Origin: Planctomycetaceae bacterium
Lineage (GTDB): Bacteria > Planctomycetota > Planctomycetia > Pirellulales > UBA1268
NCBI GenBank assembly: GCA_040376455.1
Contig: JBEIQP010000001.1
Coordinates: 15 to 64,014 of the forward strand
Length of the DNA stretch: 64,000 nucleotides
Direction of reading: 5' to 3'
Shown piece after piece: positions 37,749-48,800 of this stretch. Each line of letters opens with the position of its first letter. Position 1 is the stretch's first letter. The translations under genes and the position numbers were made by a program. The notes under the pieces were generated by a model. It ran no database searches. It was given only the letters and a program-made list of their open reading frames with translations, and was not told where the DNA came from.

Positions 37749-39653
37749 ATGAACGCCGACCGCCGTGCCGTCACCTGTGCCGCCATCCTGCTGGTCGCCG
37801 CCACCGTCGCGGCCGGCTGGCTGGCAGACCGCGTCCAGCGGCAGCGCAAGGAACTCGACCTCGTCGTGTCGCTCGGGACCGCCGAGGGCATGCCGCCGCA
37901 CGTGGCGATCGTGACGGCGGCGCTCGGCACCTTCCGCGGGCTGGCGGTGGACGCCCTCTGGGCCCGGGCCGACCACCTCCAGTCGGAGGGGGAGTATTTC
38001 GAGGCGCAGACGCTCAGCCAATGGATCACGGCCCTCCAGCCCCGCTTTCAGAAGGTGTGGGGCTTCCAGGCGTGGAATCTCGCCTACAACATCGCCGCCG
38101 CCACGCAGGTGCCGGCCGAACGCTGGGGCTGGGTGCGCCGCGGCATCGCGCTGCTGCGCGATCGGGGGATTCCGCTGAATCCGCGGGCGCCGCAGCTCCA
38201 CATGGAGCTCGGCTGGCTCTTCCACAACAAGATCGCCGGCAAGTCGGACAAGGAGCACTGGTACTACAAGGCCCGGCTGGCCCAGGACATGCAGGAGTTT
38301 CTGGGCGACATGACCTCCGGCCGGACCACCGAGGAGGCCATCGGCCTGTTCCGCCGGATCGCCGAGGCGCCGCCGACGCTCGAGGCACTCGAGGCGCAGA
38401 CGCCTGACGTCCGCCGGGCGATCGACCTCTTGGCCGAGCACGGCCAGAAGCCCGACGAGGCCTTCATGCGGATGCTGGGGCGGGCGCTCATGCACGCCAG
38501 CTCCCTCGACGCCCGGCTGCTCGGCGACGCCCGGCTGCCGCCCGACGTCGACCGGAAACTGCTCGCCGCGATCCGCGGCGACCGCGAGACCGCGACGCTC
38601 CTCTTCGACCATCTCGTGCCGCACCTCCAGCGGCGGATTCTGGAGGACCGCTACCGCATGGATCCGGCCGCGATGCTGGCGGTGATGGACCGCTACGGCC
38701 CGCTCGACTGGCGGCACGCCGAGGCCCACGGCATCTACTGGACGGAGCAGGGCATCGCCATCGGCCGCCGGCTCGAACGTCGCGCCGACACGAACGAGCT
38801 CCTCATCATCCGCAGCCGCCTGCACATGCTCTCCGATCTGATGCGCACCGGCCGCGTGGACTACGACCCCGCCACCGACCGGGTCGATCTGCTCCCCGAC
38901 CCCCGGTTCGCCGCCTCCTACGAGCGGGCGCTCGAAGAGGCGCTGGCGATGATCGCGTCGGAGGAGGGCGTCTCCGCCGGCGAGTTCGGCCGGGCCGAGG
39001 AGACCGACCTGCTCGACGGCTACGAGACCTTCCTCAACCTCGCGGTGATCCTCGAATTCCTCTACGGGGATCGGGCCGATGCGGAAACCCACTTCGTGCG
39101 GCTGCGCACGCTGGCGGAGCGGCTCGGCCGCGGCGACGACCCGCTCTATGCCGACACGGTCGAAACCTTCATCGCCATGCGGATCGCCGAGGTGCTCGCG
39201 ATCGACGTCTCGAACCTGCGGCAGTTTCTCGACGCCATGCTCCGCCGCGCGATCATGGAGGGGCTCGCCAAGGGCAACCTGGACGTCTTCAACCGCTACC
39301 TCAACGTGGCCCACTCGGTCTACGACAAACGCTTCGCCGCCTCCGACCCCGGCTCCAAGTTCGTGCTCGCCGAATCGCGGCTCCTGCCGTTTCCGAAGCT
39401 GGTCGAAAACTCGTTCGCGGGCGTGATGAAGCAGACGAGCCTGCCGGTGCTCGTGCGGGCCCGCATCTGGGCGTGGGCGCCCGACACGCTCCGGGCGAGT
39501 TGTTTCGCCGAGATGCGGGAGCCGCTGCGGGCGGAGGCGGAGGCGGCGGGAATCGACCCGGACAGGGCGTTCCCCGCGCCGGCCGGCGCCGAGCCCGCCG
39601 CCGAAACGGCTCCCGCCGACCCGCCGCCGGCAAACGGCACCGCTGCCGACTGA
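37749..39653 (+). CDS. N-terminally anchored, mostly helical hypothetical protein (634 aa)
   Basis: A single N-terminal hydrophobic segment (VTCAAILLVAATVAAGWL). The rest is non-repetitive, with G/C-rich third positions. No family recognised. Confidence 0.65.
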   Translation: MNADRRAVTCAAILLVAATVAAGWLADRVQRQRKELDLVVSLGTAEGMPPHVAIVTAALGTFRGLAVDALWARADHLQSEGEYFEAQTLSQWITALQPRFQKVWGFQAWNLAYNIAAATQVPAERWGWVRRGIALLRDRGIPLNPRAPQLHMELGWLFHNKIAGKSDKEHWYYKARLAQDMQEFLGDMTSGRTTEEAIGLFRRIAEAPPTLEALEAQTPDVRRAIDLLAEHGQKPDEAFMRMLGRALMHASSLDARLLGDARLPPDVDRKLLAAIRGDRETATLLFDHLVPHLQRRILEDRYRMDPAAMLAVMDRYGPLDWRHAEAHGIYWTEQGIAIGRRLERRADTNELLIIRSRLHMLSDLMRTGRVDYDPATDRVDLLPDPRFAASYERALEEALAMIASEEGVSAGEFGRAEETDLLDGYETFLNLAVILEFLYGDRADAETHFVRLRTLAERLGRGDDPLYADTVETFIAMRIAEVLAIDVSNLRQFLDAMLRRAIMEGLAKGNLDVFNRYLNVAHSVYDKRFAASDPGSKFVLAESRLLPFPKLVENSFAGVMKQTSLPVLVRARIWAWAPDTLRASCFAEMREPLRAEAEAAGIDPDRAFPAPAGAEPAAETAPADPPPANGTAAD

Positions 39654-39693
39654 CCGGCTGCCAGGCCCCCCTCCTCCAGCGCGGGATTTTCAG

Positions 39694-41967
39694 ATGCGGC
39701 GTCCACCACGACCTGCGCCCCGCCACGGCGAGCCACCCGCCCCGGTCGTTCCAGGGATCGCCGGCGCGGTGGCGATCGCGGCGGCATTCAGTGCCTCCGC
39801 GTTTCTCTTTCTAATCGAGCTCCTCGCCGGCAAGATGCTCCTGCCGCGGTTCGGCGGCGCCCCGGGAGTGTGGGTGTCGTGCCTGGCCTTCTTTCAGGTG
39901 GCACTCGTCGCCGCCTACATCCTCGCCGATCGGTTGATCCGTTCCGGCTCGCCGCGGATGCAGGTGCTCGCCCAGGCGGTGCTCTTCGTCGCGGCGGCGG
40001 TCGTCACGGCGCTCGGGCTGTCCCTGGCCGGCGAACCGGATTGGCTGCGTTCGAGCCTGCCGCTTCCCCTGGCCGTGCTGGCGACGCTGTCCCTGACCGC
40101 GGGCGCGGCATTTTTTGCCGTCGCGACCCTGGCCCCGTTGTTCGGACACTGGCGGACCTTGTGGCCCGATGCCGGCAGCGGCGACGCCTCCCGGGCCTAT
40201 TCGCTCTATGCCGCAGGCAATGCCGGCAGCTTCGCGGTGCTCGTCGGCTACCCGCTGGTGATCGAGCCGCTCGCCGGCCTGGAACGACAAGCCGCCCTGG
40301 CGACCCGCCTCTACGTGGCCGTCGCGGCGCTCGCCGTCGTCTGCGGATGGTTCGCGGCGACCCAGTCGCGCCGCACGGCGGCCACGGGATCCGTGCCGGA
40401 GGAGGAGGTGTGTTCGGACGGCAGCGATCGGTGGCGGCAGTGGCTGCGCTGGGGGGCGCTCGCGGCGGTGCCCGCCTCGTGGCTGGCGAGTGTCACGACC
40501 CACGCGACCGTCGAGGTGGCGCCGATCCCGCTCTTGTGGATCGTGCCCTTGGGGCTGTACCTCGCGAGCTTCGTCCTGGTGTTCTCGCCGCCCGGCCGCC
40601 GGTGGCGCAGGTTCGAGCCGCCGGCCCTGCTGGCGGCGATCGCCGCGGCGGCGTGGCTGCTCGCGGGCGACGTCAGCGAACCGGTATGGCCCGTCATCGC
40701 CGTCCATCTGGCGGCGTTCTTCGTGGCCTGCGTCGCCCTGCACGGCATGCTCGTCGATGAGCGACCGCCGGTCGGACGGCTGTCGGAGTTTTATCTGGTC
40801 ATGGCGGTCGGCGGCGCCTGCGGCGGATTGGGAAACGCGCTGCTGGCACCCGCCTTGTTCGACGCTCATCACGAGTTCCCGCTCGCCATCGCCGCGGCGG
40901 CCGGGCTGCTCCCGGGCTGCTGGCGTGGGGTGCCCGGCCGCCGGCGGTTCCTGATCCCGGCGGCGGCGGCGGCCCTCCTCGGGGGCGTGCTGACGGCCGC
41001 CCCCTGGCTGGCTGTGCCGCGACCGGTCTGGCTCGTGATCGTGGCCGGCGCGGTGGCCGCGATCCTGCTCGCGCTGGGCGGCAGGGAGCGGGCCTTCGGC
41101 CTCGCAGCCCTGCTCAGCTGGTTGTTCTTCGTCGGCGAAGCCTCGCACCATGTGGTGCATCGCGTCCGCACCTTCTTCGGGGTCCTGCGGGTGTGCGAGA
41201 GTGACAACGGCCCGTCACGGCATCTCATGCATGGCGGGATTCGGCATGGCACCCAACTCGTCTCACCGGATCGGGCGCGGCGCCTCATTCCGCTTTCCTA
41301 CTACAACGACGCGGGGCCGCTGGGCAGCATCTTCGCCGGCTTCGCCGCAACGGCCCCCTCGGGCCGCGTGGCTGTCGCCGGGCTCGGCGTCGGCACGATC
41401 GCGTCCTATGCGCGGCCCGGGCAGGAGTTCGTGTTCTTCGAGATCGACCCGGAAGTCGTACGCATCGCCCGGGATCCCCGCTGGTTCTCGTTCCTGGCGG
41501 ACTGCGACGGGGCGGTGCGGGTGGTGGTGGACGACGCGCGGTTGGCGCTCGACCGGGAGCCGGACGGCTCGCTCGCGCTGCTCGTCATCGACGCCTTCAC
41601 GGGCGACTCCGTGCCTGCGCATCTGCTGACCGCGGAGGCGTTCGAACTGTACGGCCGGAAACTCACACCCGACGGCATCCTCGCGCTGCATGTATCGAAC
41701 CAGTACCTCGACTTCGTGCCGGTGGTCGAGGCGGCCGCCGCCGCCGGCGGGTGGATGGGGGTGCAGGCACGCGACGCCGATGTGCCTGCCGAGCAGGCCC
41801 GCAGCCCGTCGGAGTGGATCGCCTTGTCCCGTTCGCTCGGTACCGTCAAGGCGATCTATGCTCGCCCGACGAGTGATCGGTGGCGGTGGCGACCGATCGC
41901 GGAGACGCCCCGGCGCCGGCCGTGGACGGATGATCGCACCGCGATCGCCGAGGCGTTGCGGCCCTGA
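39694..41967 (+). CDS. Fused polytopic membrane domain plus spermidine-synthase-like (class I methyltransferase-fold) protein
   Basis: About 480 aa of TM helices, then VAVAGLGVGTIASYARPGQEFVFFEIDPEVV...LLVIDAFTGDSVPAHLLTAEAF...LTPDGILALHVSN. Confidence 0.75.
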   Translation: MRRPPRPAPRHGEPPAPVVPGIAGAVAIAAAFSASAFLFLIELLAGKMLLPRFGGAPGVWVSCLAFFQVALVAAYILADRLIRSGSPRMQVLAQAVLFVAAAVVTALGLSLAGEPDWLRSSLPLPLAVLATLSLTAGAAFFAVATLAPLFGHWRTLWPDAGSGDASRAYSLYAAGNAGSFAVLVGYPLVIEPLAGLERQAALATRLYVAVAALAVVCGWFAATQSRRTAATGSVPEEEVCSDGSDRWRQWLRWGALAAVPASWLASVTTHATVEVAPIPLLWIVPLGLYLASFVLVFSPPGRRWRRFEPPALLAAIAAAAWLLAGDVSEPVWPVIAVHLAAFFVACVALHGMLVDERPPVGRLSEFYLVMAVGGACGGLGNALLAPALFDAHHEFPLAIAAAAGLLPGCWRGVPGRRRFLIPAAAAALLGGVLTAAPWLAVPRPVWLVIVAGAVAAILLALGGRERAFGLAALLSWLFFVGEASHHVVHRVRTFFGVLRVCESDNGPSRHLMHGGIRHGTQLVSPDRARRLIPLSYYNDAGPLGSIFAGFAATAPSGRVAVAGLGVGTIASYARPGQEFVFFEIDPEVVRIARDPRWFSFLADCDGAVRVVVDDARLALDREPDGSLALLVIDAFTGDSVPAHLLTAEAFELYGRKLTPDGILALHVSNQYLDFVPVVEAAAAAGGWMGVQARDADVPAEQARSPSEWIALSRSLGTVKAIYARPTSDRWRWRPIAETPRRRPWTDDRTAIAEALRP

Positions 41968-41985
41968 TCGCCGTACACTGACGGC

Positions 41986-43155
41986 ATGCCATCCGGTTCC
42001 ACGCTCTATCTCGACCACGCCGCCACGACGCCCGTGCGGCCCGAGGTCGCCGAGGCGATCGCCCACGCCCAGGCCTCGGCCTGGGCCAATCCCTCGAGCC
42101 CGCATGCCGCCGGCCGGCAGGCCAAGCGGCTGCTGGAAGACGCCCGCGAGCGGATGCTCGCGTTGCTCGGCGGCCGCGCCACCGGCACCGCGCGGGATCG
42201 ACTGGTCTTCACGAGCGGCGCGACGGAAGCCAATCGGCTCGCGATCCTCGGCCTGGCGGGCACGTCGCGCGGCAGCATCGCCCTCTCCGCGCGGGAGCAT
42301 GCCGGAGTGACCGCCGCCGCGGACGAACTGGCAGCCCGGGGCTGGCAGCTCCTGCGGATGCCGCTGGACGGGTCGGGGCGGATCGACCCCGCATGGAGTT
42401 GGCCCGCGACCGCGGCCTCCCCGCAGGTGTTGGCCTGCACGCTCGTCTGCGGCCAGACGGGGACGACCTTCGATCCGACACCCGTGGCCGGGGGCACGTC
42501 GACCGCGCCCCTCGTGCATGCCGATGCCACGCAGGCGATCCTCTGCGACCACGGGCCATTCGCCGCCCGCGGCGTGGCGACGCTCGCCCTGGCGCCGCAC
42601 AAGTTCGAAGGCCCCCGCGGCATCGGGGCGCTCCTGATCCGGCACGACGTGCACCTCGCGGCCGTCGTGCCGGGAACGCAGGAGGGGGGCCTGCGGGGCG
42701 GCACGGAGGCGGTGCCGCTGGCCGTGGGATTCGCGCGGGCCTTGGAGTTGGCCGTGGCGGAGCGGCAGGCCGTGGCCGCCCGGATCGCCGCGCTGCGGGA
42801 CCGCTTCGAGGCCGCGATCCTCGCCGCGGCCCGCGACACAGGCCGGGTGGGAATCGTCCTCGGCGCCGGGGCCGACCGCGCGCCGCACGTCGCGACGGTC
42901 GCGTTTCCCGGTTTCGATCGCCAGGCCTTCGTGATGGCGGCGGATCTCGCCGGTGTCTGCTGCGCCACGGGCACCGCGTGCGCGAGCGGTTCGAGCGTGC
43001 CGGCGCCGGCGATCCAGGCCATGCGGCTTCCCGCACCCGTCGCGGAGGCCGCGGTTCGATTCAGCTTCGGTCGCACGACGACCGAGGCCGACGTCGAGGC
43101 CGCGGTGGCGCGGCTGCGGGGCGTGCTCGCGGGCCGCCCGGACCGGTCGCGGTGA
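41986..43155 (+). CDS. Cysteine desulfurase (class V aminotransferase, IscS/NifS-like)
   Basis: LYLDHAATTP, NPSSPHAAG, FTSGATEAN, LAPHKFEGPRGIGAL (PLP Lys), CATGTACASGS (active-site Cys region). Confidence 0.85.
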   Translation: MPSGSTLYLDHAATTPVRPEVAEAIAHAQASAWANPSSPHAAGRQAKRLLEDARERMLALLGGRATGTARDRLVFTSGATEANRLAILGLAGTSRGSIALSAREHAGVTAAADELAARGWQLLRMPLDGSGRIDPAWSWPATAASPQVLACTLVCGQTGTTFDPTPVAGGTSTAPLVHADATQAILCDHGPFAARGVATLALAPHKFEGPRGIGALLIRHDVHLAAVVPGTQEGGLRGGTEAVPLAVGFARALELAVAERQAVAARIAALRDRFEAAILAAARDTGRVGIVLGAGADRAPHVATVAFPGFDRQAFVMAADLAGVCCATGTACASGSSVPAPAIQAMRLPAPVAEAAVRFSFGRTTTEADVEAAVARLRGVLAGRPDRSR

Positions 43156-43290
43156 CCCAGCCCGGCAAAAGGAGCCGCCTCTTCACCGGCCCCGTTCCAC
43201 TCGGTAGTCTGCCGGCCGAGGAGATACCGGAGGCGGGCAGGGAGGCCCCGGGATGCGCCGGTCGATCGCCGGCGGACGAGGACTCGACCC

Positions 43291-44136
43291 ATGCCCGCTC
43301 CCAGGTCGCCAGCCGCCCTGTCGTCGCCCGCCCGGCCGAGGCTCCACCTCCTGCTCGAACCGCTCGTCACGCGGGCGGCGGGCTCCACCGCCGACCGGAC
43401 GATCCCGGCCCGATACCATCCGTTCGTCGTCGTCGGTTCGCCCGACCGCACCGCGCGATGGTTTGCCGATCTGATTGCGGCTCGAACCGACCCCGCGGGA
43501 AACTCGGCCGTGGAGTTTTGGGACGGGGCGGCCCTCGGCCAGGCCATCGGGACGGCGCTCGCGGGGGACGAACTCTTCAAACTCCGCGCGCGGGTGGTGG
43601 CGACGTCGCTGCTGCTCGTCGCCGATGTCGAGCGGATCGGGTCGGCGGAGCGGCAACGCGCGTTCGCCTGGCTTCTCGACGAGGCGGCCGCGGCTGGATC
43701 CGTCTTCTGCGTGTCGCTGGCAGTGCCGCCCGCCGCTTCCGCGCTCGACGCGATGCTCGCTTCCCGCCTGGCGGGCGGCCTGGTCATCCCGCTGCCGGAA
43801 CCGGTCGCGGTCCGCCAGGCGGCGGAGCCGCCAGGCAGCAGCGTGCGGCAACCGACGCTGCGCCGGATCATCCGGCTCACGGCCCGCCACCATGGCCTCC
43901 AGCCCGAGGAGATGATCGGGCCGTCGCGACGCCGGTCGGTGGCTGCGGCCCGCAGCGTCGGCATGTACCTGGCCCGCGTCCTCACCACCAAGAGCCTGCA
44001 GGCCATCGGAGACGCGTTCGGCGGCCGCGATCACACGACCGTCATGCACAGCCTGCGACTCGCCACCGAGCGGTTCGGCGACAATCCCTGGCTCGCCGCC
44101 GACTTGGCGAGCCTCATCGCCGCCATCCGCACCTGA
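43291..44136 (+). CDS. Short DnaA-like protein with a conserved domain IV HTH, a degenerate AAA+ core and no domains I-II
   Basis: C-terminus RRRSVAAARSVGMYLARVLTTKSLQAIGDAFGGRDHTTVMHSLRLATERF (DnaA_C-like). LLLVADVERI and SRLAGGLVIPLPEP align with DnaA Walker B and box VII. VVVGSPDRTARW sits at the P-loop position. Confidence 0.75.
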   Translation: MPAPRSPAALSSPARPRLHLLLEPLVTRAAGSTADRTIPARYHPFVVVGSPDRTARWFADLIAARTDPAGNSAVEFWDGAALGQAIGTALAGDELFKLRARVVATSLLLVADVERIGSAERQRAFAWLLDEAAAAGSVFCVSLAVPPAASALDAMLASRLAGGLVIPLPEPVAVRQAAEPPGSSVRQPTLRRIIRLTARHHGLQPEEMIGPSRRRSVAAARSVGMYLARVLTTKSLQAIGDAFGGRDHTTVMHSLRLATERFGDNPWLAADLASLIAAIRT

Positions 44137-44733
44137 AACACCGACCGCCGCGGGACGCGGATCGGTGTCGATTCGGTGTCGATTCGCCGCCCGAAACACC
44201 CTCGCGAACCAACCGACGCGGCGGTGAACCGACGCCCGGCGAGCAGGCGACCGCCGGCCATCGTCCCGCCGTCACCGGCGCGCCGCCGGCCGTGCAGCGA
44301 ACGCACGCCATGCCCACCGCCTTCCGGCCACGAAACCAACAGCAAACCGACACGCATCCGTCAGGTTGTCCACCGGCGCCTCCGCTGCCGCCGCTTGGCC
44401 AAAACATGGTTTTTCCTCGGGCGAAAACCATGTTGCGCGGCCAAACCACGCCTCCTGCAACACGGTGATTCGGGCGTGCCTGCGGTCCTCCCCTGCTGGA
44501 TGCTAGGTACTCCTGCCTGATCCTGTTCCTCTTTTCTTTCTTCACCATAACCCTGCAAGCAGCGGTTCGGAACGGCCCCGCGAGCGACACTCCAAAAAAC
44601 TCGATTGCACAGCCAAAAAAGGCCATTTTCCAGGGCTGTTCTTCGGGTACAGTAAAGGGTCTGGAGACCGCCGCGGAGCCCAGTCGCATCCCGTCGGCGG
44701 TGCGCGTTTGGTGACCCAAGGACATCGAGTTTC
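44137..44733. other. Candidate replication origin / dnaN upstream region (597-nt gene-free gap, locally AT-richer)
   Basis: Position between the dnaA-like gene and dnaN. Contains a pyrimidine/AT-rich tract at 44511-44555, A-tracts at 44590-44631, direct and inverted repeats, and one DnaA-box-like 9-mer. Confidence 0.4.
44366..44374 (+). promoter_or_regulatory. DnaA-box-like 9-mer TTGTCCACC
   Basis: 8 of 9 bases match the high-GC DnaA box variant TTGTCCACA. This is the only good match I found in the gap. Confidence 0.3.
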
Positions 44734-45846
44734 ATGAAAGTACGTTGCACGCGAGAGCCGCTGTTGGCCGCCCTGCAAAGCGCGTCGGCCGTGGTGCCGT
44801 CCCGGTCCCCCAAGCCGGTGCTCACGAACGTGAAACTGGAGGCGTCCCGCGACGCCGCGGTGCTCTCGGCAACCGATCTCGAGGTGGGCATCCGCATCGA
44901 ACTCGAGGGGGTCGAGGTGTCGGCACCCGGCGCGGTGTTGCTGCCCAGCGGCCGGCTGACGGCGATCGTCCGGGAGAGCAGCCCCGGCACCGTGTTCGAC
45001 ATTCACGCCGACGGCTCGGCTGCCGTGGTCAAGGCACCCCGCAGCGAGTTTCGTCTGCCCGCCGAGGATCCGCTGGAATTCCCGTCGGTGGCCACGTTTC
45101 CGTCCGAGGCCTGCTTCGAGTTGGCGACGCCGCTGGTCCGCGAACTGGTCCGCCGCACGGTGTTCGCCACCGACAACGAATCGAGCCGCTACGCCCTGGG
45201 CGGCGTGCTGCTGGAACTGACCCCCACCGCCGTGACTGCCGTCGGCACCGACGGCCGCCGGCTCGCCAAGATGGAGGGTCCTGCCGCGGTCCACGGGGGC
45301 ACGGTGGCCGAGGGGCAGCCGATCGTTCCGGCCCGGGCGATGCAACTGATCGAGCGATGTCTGGGGGCGGCCGAACTGCCGGTGCAGGTGGCCGTCCGGG
45401 CGAACGAGATCCTGGTTCGCACCGGTGGCACGACCGTCTCGGCGCGGCTCGTCGAGGGGCGGTTTCCGCGGTGGCGCGACGTGTTTCCGGACCGGCCGGA
45501 GGCGGCGCGGGTGCAACTGGTGGCGGGGCCGCTGCTTGCCGCCGTCCGGCAGGCGGCGATCGTGACGAGCGAGCAGTCGAAGGGGGTCGATTTTTCCTTC
45601 GAACAGGGGCAGCTCGTGCTGGCCGGCCGCTCGGCCGAGAGCGGCGAGAGCCGCGTGGAACTGCCGATCGACCATGCGGGGCAGCCGGTGCGGATCAAAC
45701 TCGATCCGCGGTTCGTGGGGGATTTCCTCCGCGTCCTCGACGGCGGCACCACCATCACCGTCGAACTCACCGATGCCCAGAGTGCCTGCGTCTGTCGGAC
45801 GGAGGATGGGTATGGCTACGTGATCATGCCCCTGGCGGCGGACTGA
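44734..45846 (+). CDS. dnaN: DNA polymerase III beta sliding clamp
   Basis: MKVRCTREPLLAALQSASAVVPSRSPKPVLTNVKLEA...LSATDLEVGIR...RYALGGVLLE...VGTDGRRLA...LVEGRFPRW. Confidence 0.92.
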   Translation: MKVRCTREPLLAALQSASAVVPSRSPKPVLTNVKLEASRDAAVLSATDLEVGIRIELEGVEVSAPGAVLLPSGRLTAIVRESSPGTVFDIHADGSAAVVKAPRSEFRLPAEDPLEFPSVATFPSEACFELATPLVRELVRRTVFATDNESSRYALGGVLLELTPTAVTAVGTDGRRLAKMEGPAAVHGGTVAEGQPIVPARAMQLIERCLGAAELPVQVAVRANEILVRTGGTTVSARLVEGRFPRWRDVFPDRPEAARVQLVAGPLLAAVRQAAIVTSEQSKGVDFSFEQGQLVLAGRSAESGESRVELPIDHAGQPVRIKLDPRFVGDFLRVLDGGTTITVELTDAQSACVCRTEDGYGYVIMPLAAD

Positions 45847-45876
45847 CCAACGACCGATTCCCGCACACGATCCTGC

Positions 45877-46218
45877 ATGGCGTTCAAACCCCTTCGTTCC
45901 GATGCGGCCGGCGGCCCGATGTCGATCGGCAGGGCCCTGACGCGGCTCATGGCCCGGGCGGGCTACGATCGCCAGCAGACGAGCGCCGGGCTGTCGGCGG
46001 CGTGGCACGAGGCGGCCCCCGCACCGCTGCGGGGTGCCTCGCAGCCGGGCCTGGTGCGCCGGGGCGTGTTGGAGGTGTTCGTCTCCCATTCCGCCCTGGT
46101 GCAGGAACTGGGGTTTCAGAAACGCGACGTGGTGGCGCGGCTGGCGGAACTGGTGCCCGCCGAGGGCATCACCGACATCCGCTGCCGACTGATGGCCGAT
46201 GCCGGCCGCACGAGTTGA
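45877..46218 (+). CDS. dciA: DUF721 / DciA-like protein
   Basis: 113 aa lying between dnaN and gyrB. RRGVLEVFVSHSALVQELGFQKRDVVARLAELV matches the DUF721 core pattern. Confidence 0.7.
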   Translation: MAFKPLRSDAAGGPMSIGRALTRLMARAGYDRQQTSAGLSAAWHEAAPAPLRGASQPGLVRRGVLEVFVSHSALVQELGFQKRDVVARLAELVPAEGITDIRCRLMADAGRTS

Positions 46219-48717
<2,499 letters not shown>

Positions 48718-48800
48718 CCGCAGCCCGTTGCGGCCCGCCGACCGGTTCGGTCGAATACGCGCATTTGTTCCAGTCCCCCATCCGTTTCAGAGGAGCCATC

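Noticed and set aside
44114-44725. ORFs of 203 aa (minus strand) and 114 aa (plus strand, 44176..44520) inside the dnaA-like/dnaN gap
   Set aside because: They have no SD, low-complexity Arg/Pro/Cys-rich translations, and they cross the repeats and AT-rich tracts. The region is better explained as a non-coding origin or regulatory region.
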